A model generated the notes under the pieces. That model saw nothing but the letters and a program-made list of their open reading frames with translations. It searched no databases and was not told where the DNA came from. 64,000 nt of DNA from Trueperaceae bacterium (GTDB lineage Bacteria > Deinococcota > Deinococci > Deinococcales > Trueperaceae): positions 4,416,001 to 4,480,000 of the forward strand of contig OZ243927.1 in assembly GCA_965213925.1 (NCBI GenBank), read 5' to 3'. The translations under genes and the position numbers were made by a program. Positions 56,888 to 64,000 of the stretch are shown here, piece after piece. Positions within the stretch are counted from its first letter, which is position 1. Each line of letters starts with the position of its first letter.

Positions 56888-56940
56888 ATGACCCATCAGC
56901 CAGCAGACAACCGCAATACCAACGAAACCAGGGGGGTCCC

Positions 56941-57786
56941 ATGCGCGTAAGAGTCGGCTGCGAACTCGTCTACGAATCGCCCCAAGGTGCACACATGATG
57001 GCAACCGTTGAGCCGCGCGGCGAGAGCCGCTACCACACCCTCGTTAGCTCGCAGAAACACATCGAGCCGCAAGGTATCATGCACGACTATAGGGACGGCT
57101 TCGGCAACCACGTGTGGCGCATCGACGCGCCGAGCGGCAAGCTCACGCTGTTTCACGACGCGATCGCCGAGGTGCCGCCTCACCCCAACACCGTCCCGGA
57201 CGACCTGCCGAAAACGCCCGTGGCGGAGCTGCCCGACGAGGTCATGGTCTACACGCTGCCGAGCCGCTACTGCCAAATTGAGCACTTCATCGGCGACGCC
57301 TGGGACATGTTCGGACACATCCAAGGCGGCTCAAAGCAGGTGCAAGCGGTCTGCGACTGGCTGCACGAGAACGTCACCTACACCGCCGGGAGCACGCCGA
57401 CGACCTCGAGTTTTGAGGCCTACAAAGAACGCACCGGCGTCTGCCGCGACTTCGCGCACTTGGGCATCGTCTTCTGCCGCTCGCTGAACATCCCCGCGCG
57501 CTACGTCTCGGGCTTCCTGCCCGACATCAACGTGCCGCCCGACCCCAACCCGATGGACTTTCACGCCTGGTTCGAGGCGTATATCGACGGTGCGTGGCGC
57601 ACCTTCGACGCGCGTCACAATATCCCGCGTACCGGACACGTCCTCCTTGCGTATGGACGCGACGCCGTGGACACCGCGTTTTCGACCTCTTACGGCAACC
57701 TCAGGCTGACCAAAATGCGGTGCTGGGCGGACGAGGTGGGCGAGGACTTCACCCTGCCCGAGCCCTCAAACGTGGTGGCAAGTTAA
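56941..57786 (+). CDS. Transglutaminase-like protein
   Basis: PSRYC, GVCRDFAH, PARYVSG, DFHAW, FDAR; Cys-His-Asp triad. Confidence 0.92.
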   Translation: MRVRVGCELVYESPQGAHMMATVEPRGESRYHTLVSSQKHIEPQGIMHDYRDGFGNHVWRIDAPSGKLTLFHDAIAEVPPHPNTVPDDLPKTPVAELPDEVMVYTLPSRYCQIEHFIGDAWDMFGHIQGGSKQVQAVCDWLHENVTYTAGSTPTTSSFEAYKERTGVCRDFAHLGIVFCRSLNIPARYVSGFLPDINVPPDPNPMDFHAWFEAYIDGAWRTFDARHNIPRTGHVLLAYGRDAVDTAFSTSYGNLRLTKMRCWADEVGEDFTLPEPSNVVAS

Positions 57787-57846
57787 ATTTCTCCTAGCCC
57801 TCGGTGGTTAGATAAAAAAGACTGATGGAGAGGCGATCCGCCTCTC

Positions 57847-58755
57847 TTGGAGACCTTTGTGACTTCCCCTTCCCTAAACCCTTTCATCGACCGTTCCGAA
57901 GTGCGCTGGGCTGACGTGAAGCGCGTGCAACACAGCCTTGTCCAGAGGTTTCACTACGCCTACCCCGGTCCAATTGAAGACCTCACACACCGTTTGATGA
58001 TCGCGCCGCGCACCGAGTACGGCGATCAGCGGCGCTGTGATTTTCGCCTAGACATAACGCCCGACCTTAATATCAAGCGTAAGCAAGACCTCTTCGGTAA
58101 CGAGGTGTTGAGCGTGAAAGCGGAGAGGCTCGAGTCCCCCCTCGTCTTCGAGATGAGCAGCGCCGTCACGCGCACGGCAGAGGACGTGCCCATTTGCGTC
58201 TCCAAAGACGAAGCCGACCACTTCCTCTCCCCCACTCGCCTGACCTTCGCCGACGAACACCTCTCGGGCATCGCGCACGTCTTAGAAGTGACCGCTCAAA
58301 ATGACCTTTCCTTTGCTGAAGCCGCTAGCAACTGGGTCAGCAAAGCCATGACCTACGGCTTCGGCGCAACCGACACGAGCACCGCCGCCGCCGAAGCCTT
58401 GACCATCGGCAAAGGCTTGTGCCAAGACTACGCCCACATCATGATTGCGCTGTGCCGCGAGGCGGGCGTGGCGGCTCGCTACGTGTCGGGGCACATGCTA
58501 GGCGAGGGCGGCTCGCACGCTTGGGTGGAGGTTTTGATTCCCGAAGGCGACCAGCTACGCGCCCACGCCTTCGACCCCACCAACCGCCGCCGCCCGAATC
58601 TCAGCTACATCACCGTCGCCGTCGGGCGCGACTACCGCGACGTTGCGCCCACGTCCGGCTCGTTTTCTGCGCCCTATATGGGTAAGCTGACCTCTTCGAA
58701 GCGGGCGGGGTTGACGTTGGTGGAGTATGGGGATGGGGAAGTGGTGCGGGGGTAA
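57847..58755 (+). CDS. Transglutaminase-like protein with an N-terminal beta domain
   Basis: D.FGN, GLCQDYAH, ARYVSG, SHAWVE, FDPTN, GRDY.DV.P. Confidence 0.92.
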   Translation: METFVTSPSLNPFIDRSEVRWADVKRVQHSLVQRFHYAYPGPIEDLTHRLMIAPRTEYGDQRRCDFRLDITPDLNIKRKQDLFGNEVLSVKAERLESPLVFEMSSAVTRTAEDVPICVSKDEADHFLSPTRLTFADEHLSGIAHVLEVTAQNDLSFAEAASNWVSKAMTYGFGATDTSTAAAEALTIGKGLCQDYAHIMIALCREAGVAARYVSGHMLGEGGSHAWVEVLIPEGDQLRAHAFDPTNRRRPNLSYITVAVGRDYRDVAPTSGSFSAPYMGKLTSSKRAGLTLVEYGDGEVVRG

Positions 58756-58789
58756 AGCTTTGCTGTAAGATAAAATTTATATGGACAAG

Positions 58790-59561
58790 GGTAGTGGTCG
58801 CACCTCGAATGCTACAATAAAGGAATGGTAACGAAGATAGTAACCTGCCGTCACTGCAACAGCGAGAACATTGTCAAGAATGGGATAGCCCCGAATGGCA
58901 AACAGAAGTATAGGTGCAAGGACTGTAAGAAACAGAGCCGCGAAGACCCGAGTCCGAATGGCTACACCGAGCCGCGTAAAGAGGAGATTCTCGGTGCCTA
59001 TGAGGAGCGTTCAAGTCTGAGAGGGCTGGAGCGCACCTTCGGGGTGGCGCGTAGTACCGTAAGCCGCTGGCTCAAAAAAAACGAAGAAGGCTTCCCGCAC
59101 TGAAAGACACCCTCGTCCGATTCGATGTTCCTCAGCGCGTGGAGCTAGAGCTTGATGAGATGTGGTCGTTTGTGCAGAGGAAAAGCAAGAAACGCTGGAT
59201 TTGGATCGCGTTATGTAAACAGACCCGTCAGGTGGTCGCTTGTGTCATTGGCGGGCGTGGCGCGGCTACCTGCAAACAACTTTGGAAGGGCATTCCTGAC
59301 AACTATAAACAAGGTCTCTGCTACAGCGACTTCTGGGAAGCCTACCAGAGCGTGCTCCCAGATGAACACCATCAAGCTGTGAGTAAAGCAAGCGGTCTCA
59401 CCTCACACGTTGAACGTTTCAACAACACACTCAGGCAACGTCTTGCTCGCTTCGTGCGCAAGACGTTAGCCTTCTCCAAGTCTGAGCGTATGCACCTTAT
59501 CTGCTTACACCGTTTCCTCGTGCGTTACAACCTAGATATCATTCGGGATTGAACCACTACC
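58790..59561 (+). mobile_element. IS1-family insertion sequence, 772 bp
   Basis: IRL GGTAGTGGTCGCACCTCGAATG vs IRR reverse complement GGTAGTGGTTCAATCCCGAATG; 8-bp target duplication TGGACAAG at 58782-58789 and 59562-59569. Confidence 0.92.
58825..59552 (+). CDS. IS1 InsA/InsB transposase with a programmed -1 frameshift at A8C (59074-59082)
   Basis: InsA zinc finger CRHC..CKDC + HTH; InsB DEMWSFV, SDFW, ERFN..LR in the -1 frame. Confidence 0.9.
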
Positions 59562-59990
59562 TGGACAAGAACTGGATATCTCTTAATATTGACTTACTAG
59601 AAATTGATAAAGAACGCTTTGACTTCGATGATGATACAAAAAACTTCTATCCTCACCAAGCATGGATAAATCTTGCAGAAATTCCCTGCATGTTTATTAA
59701 TATGGATGGAAATCTAATTATTAGGCTATCTAATAGCATGTCATTCGTCGTCAAAAAACTGGAGGAAATTAAAACGGTTCAAAGATGGTTAGAAGAACGG
59801 ACCTTCGAATAACGCTGATCTCACTTAGCTATAAACATACCCAAATCTTCGAGCCTCAACTATGTTCAACCGTAGTGGCGCAACCTCGAGCAGCAGATTA
59901 CAGGTAGAGGACATCACCATCATCAACCGAGACCCAGAGATTCCCACATGGACAGTCCAGTGAGCCTACCTCTCTAAATCTTCGTGTTGT

Positions 59991-60347
59991 CTATCGGTTG
60001 AGCGGGCGGCTCCGAACACTTTGCTGGGAGATGACAGTAAAAGCTTGCTCGAGCGTCGCCCCATAATCCTCAATCACCGCAAGGAGAATCCCAGCCTTTT
60101 GTCGGCTTGTCAAATCCTCGAGTCGCAGCAAAATTACGCCCTGAGCGCTGAGCTTGCGAAGGTAAACAAGCTCGCCAAAGTCTTTATCAATCGTAATGAG
60201 AATGGACTCAGCCTCGTTTGCGCGGATTAGCACCTCTGAATCTGGCAGTGCTGGCTCATCGTCGACAATGGCTAAGACCCTATGTTCCCAAGCACGTAAA
60301 GCTTCAATGATGGGATAGTCAACGCTTTCGTCGGCGTAAAACCTCAC
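59991..60347 (-). CDS. DUF5615 PIN-like toxin
   Basis: MRFYADESV, D.EV...A.....LITIDKDFGEL. Confidence 0.88.
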   Translation of the reverse strand: MRFYADESVDYPIIEALRAWEHRVLAIVDDEPALPDSEVLIRANEAESILITIDKDFGELVYLRKLSAQGVILLRLEDLTSRQKAGILLAVIEDYGATLEQAFTVISQQSVRSRPLNR

Positions 60348-60577
60348 GCAGCGTCGCGCTCGGGATGCGGCGTGGGGTAGATTGCTGTGGCACTAAGCGA
60401 TTTCGTAGCAAATGCAAGGGCGTCGTAAATATCCCTTTGGCTCAGCCTGGGGTACGCTTCCAATACCTCTTCATACGTGCGCCCTGCAGCAAGCTTCTCC
60501 AAGATGCTTTCTACAGTGATTCGCGTACCCTCTACGGTTGGCTTACCAAGCATAATATCGGGGTTCGAAATAATCAT
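60344..60577 (-). CDS. DUF433 antitoxin-like protein
   Basis: NPDIMLGKPTVEGTRITV..IL..LA.G....E....YP.L...DI..AL.FA. Confidence 0.9.
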   Translation of the reverse strand: MIISNPDIMLGKPTVEGTRITVESILEKLAAGRTYEEVLEAYPRLSQRDIYDALAFATKSLSATAIYPTPHPERDAA

Positions 60578-60696
60578 AGCCTTATCATAGCAATTGACAG
60601 AGAGCAATGATGGGGCGTTCTGACGTAGTTTCCTGGCGTGAACAGTGAACAAGTTCGAGAAGTCCTCGAGCTAAACTAAGGGCGGAGGATAGCGTT

Positions 60697-60951
60697 GTGA
60701 CATGCCCCATCATCAACCGAGACCCGGACATCCTCGGCGGCACGCCCGTCTTCACGGGAACGAGGGTCCCTGTGAAAGCGCTGTTTGACTATTTAGAGGC
60801 GGGCGACAGCTTAGATGAGTTTTTAGACGATTTTCCTTCGGTTCAGAGAGAGCAGGCTTTAGCGCTGCTCAGACTCCGAATTACAGACCTCTTAGGAACG
60901 ATTGACTATGACGAGGATTATGACTATAAAGCTCAGCGCAAGCGCGGGTAA
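60697..60951 (+). CDS. Chimeric DUF433 protein ending in a VapB-type tail
   Basis: DPDILGGTPVFTGTRVPV..LFDYL..G....EFL.DFP then ITDLLGTIDYDEDYDYKAQR. Confidence 0.75.
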   Translation: MTCPIINRDPDILGGTPVFTGTRVPVKALFDYLEAGDSLDEFLDDFPSVQREQALALLRLRITDLLGTIDYDEDYDYKAQRKRG

Positions 60952-61087
60952 AAGCGCCTGACGACTGATTCACTAAGCAGCGTCATCTGAGCGTGGTGGT
61001 GCGGACTCGAGCCCATCCAACACGCCTCTCAAGATAAACAAACCCATTCAACGGACCTAAACCACTTCACCTTGCATAACCCCAGCA

Positions 61088-61105
61088 CGTACAGTAAAAT
61101 GTACA
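61088..61105 (+). promoter_or_regulatory. yefM-yoeB promoter and operator
   Basis: CGTACA (61088) and TGTACA (61100), 12 bp apart, flanking TAAAAT; TTGCAT -35 upstream. Confidence 0.75.
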
Positions 61106-61106
61106 C

Positions 61107-61364
61107 ATGAGAACCCTCAATTACACCACCGCGAGACAGAACTTAGCGAGCGCCATTGATGACGTCGTGGACGACCACACTCCCCTCATCATCACAAAAG
61201 GGAGCGACAAAGCGGTAGTCATGATGAGCTTGGAGGATTGGAACGCTTGGCAAGAGACGATGTATCTGCTCCGCAGCCCCGCCAATGCCGAGCGTTTACT
61301 CGGCGCAGTGCGCGACTTTGACGAAGGTAAGAACCTGGTCATTGAAGAGTCGCTGCCTGAGTGA
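61107..61364 (+). CDS. yefM: YefM/Phd antitoxin
   Basis: MRTLNYTTARQNL...D.V....P.IIT...ETMYLLRSPANA.RL. Confidence 0.93.
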   Translation: MRTLNYTTARQNLASAIDDVVDDHTPLIITKGSDKAVVMMSLEDWNAWQETMYLLRSPANAERLLGAVRDFDEGKNLVIEESLPE

Positions 61365-61621
61365 AGTACGTTTTCCACCAAGCTGCGTGGGAGGACTACC
61401 TTTACTGGCTCGAGCAGGATAAGAAGACACTCAAACGCGTCAATTTACTAATTAGAGACGTTGAGCGCTCACCTTATGAGGGTATTGGCAAACCTGAAGC
61501 GCTCAAGCACAACCTCTCAGGCTGGTGGTCACGGCGGATTACGGATGAGCACCGTATGGTTTACCGCGTCAAAGGTGACGAGTTGCACCTCGCTGCACTG
61601 CGCTATCACTACTCAAAGTAG
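61361..61621 (+). CDS. yoeB: YoeB/Txe toxin
   Basis: AWEDYLYW, GIGKPEALKHNLSGWWSRRITDEHR, RYHY. Confidence 0.95.
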   Translation: MKYVFHQAAWEDYLYWLEQDKKTLKRVNLLIRDVERSPYEGIGKPEALKHNLSGWWSRRITDEHRMVYRVKGDELHLAALRYHYSK

Positions 61622-61656
61622 CTTTCCGCGGGCTTCTCACTTGGAGGGAGCAGGCT

Positions 61657-61821
61657 TTGGCGCGGCTCGAGCTAGGCGAACATAGAACGAAGCGAGCGGT
61701 CGTTGAGGAGGCGCTACAGGAATACGTCGTGCGGCGCAAACAGCTTCGACTTTTAGACCTCTTCGGCACAATTGACGACAACGAGGATTACAACTATAAA
61801 GCTCAGCGCAAGCTGGTATAA
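61657..61821 (+). pseudogene. 5'-truncated VapB-type antitoxin without a toxin
   Basis: LELGEHRTKRAVVEEALQEYVVRRKQLRLLDLFGTIDDNEDYNYKAQRK; the N-terminal beta strand is missing. Confidence 0.7.
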
Positions 61822-61920
61822 AATTGCCGTTCCACGGACGAAGACTTTGCCCTTCTCAAGACGCTGCTTCCGATGACGCTCCGCACACGCCATCCTCAGA
61901 AATAGGTCACAATAGACCTT

Positions 61921-63231
61921 ATGGAGACTCTGGCTTACAGCGAAGATTTCGCTCGCTTCCTTATTCAGCACCACCCGATGGACAGCGCCCGCGTTTTAGA
62001 GCGGCTCGAGCCGTTCGAAGCGTGGTCCGAACTGAGCAAATTGGACGAGGAGTTTCGCCCGCCGGTGATGGAGGGATTTTCGCCGCCTTTCGCGGCGCGG
62101 GTGCTGCTCGAGGCGAGTATGCAAGACACCTTTGGTCTGGTGCGTGAGCTGCCTTCGGAAGTGACGGCGGATATTTTAGAACACGTCCCCGACGAGGTCG
62201 AGGCGGCGATCCTGGCAGCGCTGCCGGCTATACACGCCCGCGAAATCGAGACGCTGAGCGAGTACCCCGAGGACACCGCCGGGAGCATCATGTCGCCTGA
62301 CTTCGTCGCGCTCCGGCGCAAAGCGACGGTGGGCGACGCCTTGACGCGGCTCAGACGTTTGGCGCTGGTGGGGCGGCACGTCAACTATGTGTACGTCGTG
62401 GACGAGCGCGAAGAGCTTGTCGGCGTCATCATGATGCGCGACCTCGTTTTGAATCTGCCCCTGACGCCTTTAGAAGATGTGATGATTCGCAACGTCGTCA
62501 AGGTCTACGACAGCAACCATATCGACGATGTCGCCGACCTCTTGCGCGAACGCAATTTACACGCGATACCTGTCGTTGACGACGCCGACAAACTCAAAGG
62601 GGTCGTGTCGTCCAACCAACTTGTCAGCGAGCTGCAAGAGGAGGGTTTCGAGGACGCGCAGAAGATGTTCGGGGCGGGCGCGGACGAGCAGGCGACCTCT
62701 ACGCCGCTTTTCAGCATCCGCAAGCGCCTTCCCTGGCTGCAGGTCAACTTAGGCACGGCGTTTCTAGCGGCGGCGGTCGTGGGCGCGTTCGACGGCATCA
62801 TCGCGCAGATCACGATTTTGGCGGCGTTTCTGCCGGTCGTCGCGGGACAGGGCGGCAACGCGGGGGCGCAGGCTCTAGCGGTGATGCTCCGCTCGCTCGC
62901 ACTAGAAGAGGTCGACATTGGGCGCTCGCGCAAGGTGCTCCTCAAAGAGGCGACGGTAGGTCTGGTTAATGGGCTCACCACGGGCGTCGTTGCGGGGCTA
63001 TTCGCCGCTATAGTGACGCAAAACGTCGCGCTCGGCGCGGTGATCGCGGTGGCGATGACGGTCAACCTCGTGATCGCGGGCGTCGCGGGCGCGGGCATCC
63101 CGCTGATGATGGAGCGTTTCGGGCAGGACCCGGCGCAATCCTCGAACATCATCTTGACGACGGTAACAGATATCGTCGGCTTCGCGTCGTTTCTGGGCTT
63201 CGCGATGCTGGCTCAGGATTACCTCGTCTAG
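61921..63231 (+). CDS. mgtE: Magnesium transporter MgtE
   Basis: YPEDTAGSIM CBS pair, RLPWL, GGNAGAQ, DPA.SS....T.TD. Confidence 0.93.
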   Translation: METLAYSEDFARFLIQHHPMDSARVLERLEPFEAWSELSKLDEEFRPPVMEGFSPPFAARVLLEASMQDTFGLVRELPSEVTADILEHVPDEVEAAILAALPAIHAREIETLSEYPEDTAGSIMSPDFVALRRKATVGDALTRLRRLALVGRHVNYVYVVDEREELVGVIMMRDLVLNLPLTPLEDVMIRNVVKVYDSNHIDDVADLLRERNLHAIPVVDDADKLKGVVSSNQLVSELQEEGFEDAQKMFGAGADEQATSTPLFSIRKRLPWLQVNLGTAFLAAAVVGAFDGIIAQITILAAFLPVVAGQGGNAGAQALAVMLRSLALEEVDIGRSRKVLLKEATVGLVNGLTTGVVAGLFAAIVTQNVALGAVIAVAMTVNLVIAGVAGAGIPLMMERFGQDPAQSSNIILTTVTDIVGFASFLGFAMLAQDYLV

Positions 63232-63240
63232 CGTTCTCGC

Positions 63241-63924
63241 TCAGTTCTTGTCGCCGCCGCGCCGCCCTCTGCGGCGGCGACGGCGGCGGCTGCGTTTGGA
63301 GGTGCGCGCCTCCTCTTGGATGGCGGCATCTTCCTGCACGACTTTCACCAAAAAAGCGTCGAGCAGTCCGCCTTCGAACCGCTGGGTCAGGCGCAAGATG
63401 AGGTGCGGCGGGGCGACGTCGACGTAAACGTAGCAGGGACCTGGATACAGCACGTAGGGGTAGGCACGCCGCTCCCCTAAGGCGGTCTCTAAGGGCACCT
63501 CCGCCAACCGCTCCGCCACGACCTCTTTGCCGAGCAGCGGCACGCGCAAGCGTTCAGGACGCCCGCGGAGCGCGTGCAGGAGCCCGAGCGGGTCGCGGTA
63601 AGGCAGGGTGTAGGGCGCTTCGGCGAGGTCAGCCTTACCGCCGCTCTTGCTCTGCACTGCCCGTACCACGCCGCGCTCCGCGTCGAACGTCACCTCGAAG
63701 GTGCGCGTCTGTGAGCGCTCCTGGGTCTCTTCGGTAAACCGCGTACTCTCCAGGGCGGGGTTGAGTTGGCTCGTTTGCGTGATCGTTTTCTGACCTAGCG
63801 AGCCCTGCAGCGCCATCCTGGCCTCGAGCACCACGCCCTTTCTCAGCGGCTGTGTGCGGAGCGTGTGCGTGCCTACCGCTTTGCCGTAGAGGTTGAGGCG
63901 GTAGCTGCAGAGTTCGGTCGGCAT
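63241..63924 (-). CDS. Hypothetical beta-rich protein (DUF3108-like) with an Arg-rich tail
   Basis: Y.L...G..VG, DPLGLL..LR; RRRRRRR tail; TACGCT -10 six nt before ATG. Confidence 0.65.
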   Translation of the reverse strand: MPTELCSYRLNLYGKAVGTHTLRTQPLRKGVVLEARMALQGSLGQKTITQTSQLNPALESTRFTEETQERSQTRTFEVTFDAERGVVRAVQSKSGGKADLAEAPYTLPYRDPLGLLHALRGRPERLRVPLLGKEVVAERLAEVPLETALGERRAYPYVLYPGPCYVYVDVAPPHLILRLTQRFEGGLLDAFLVKVVQEDAAIQEEARTSKRSRRRRRRRGRRGGDKN

Positions 63925-64000
63925 GGTCCAAGCGTAACATGGTCGGCTCTGAAGGCTCAGGGGAATGGACGGAGGGTATCTCGCACCGAGCGCGCGACGC

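Larger units (their letters stand above)
58781..59812 (+). pseudogene. Low-GC 83-aa gene (MDKNWISLNID...) interrupted by IS1 at codons 1-3
   Basis: Removing the IS and one duplicate restores ATG GAC AAG AAC TGG...TAA 59812 behind a TAAAAT -10. Confidence 0.75.

Noticed and set aside
59871..61821. Integron cassette array
   Set aside because: No integrase, mixed gene orientation and no attC R-box pairs recognised

Overview
64 kb of a GC-rich bacterial chromosome, most likely Deinococcota and Trueperaceae-like (inferred from gene content, many leaderless TANNNT-N5-8-ATG starts, Deinococcus-type TACGGATTCCG repeats and frequent CTCGAG). It carries housekeeping genes (acuB/acuC, divIVA, argR, sppA, ilvD, mgtE, a two-component system) and two intact IS elements with 8-bp target duplications (IS982 and IS1 families). 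An 18 kb Wzx/Wzy exopolysaccharide locus includes a pyruvyltransferase, a sulfotransferase, a MurA-MurB paralogue pair and a divergent lipoprotein glycoside hydrolase. That hydrolase sits under a c-di-GMP-II-type riboswitch with an unusual inserted hairpin. There is also a circularly permuted ATP-grasp / alpha-E (Gln/Ser-rich tail) / double transglutaminase operon, a GluR0-like channel and a shuffled toxin-antitoxin island. The best candidate for an undescribed system is the c-di-GMP-linked EPS locus that may make a lactyl-ether, sulfated, pyruvylated polymer. No rRNA, tRNA or CRISPR array was seen. All calls come from motif recognition by eye; no searches were run.
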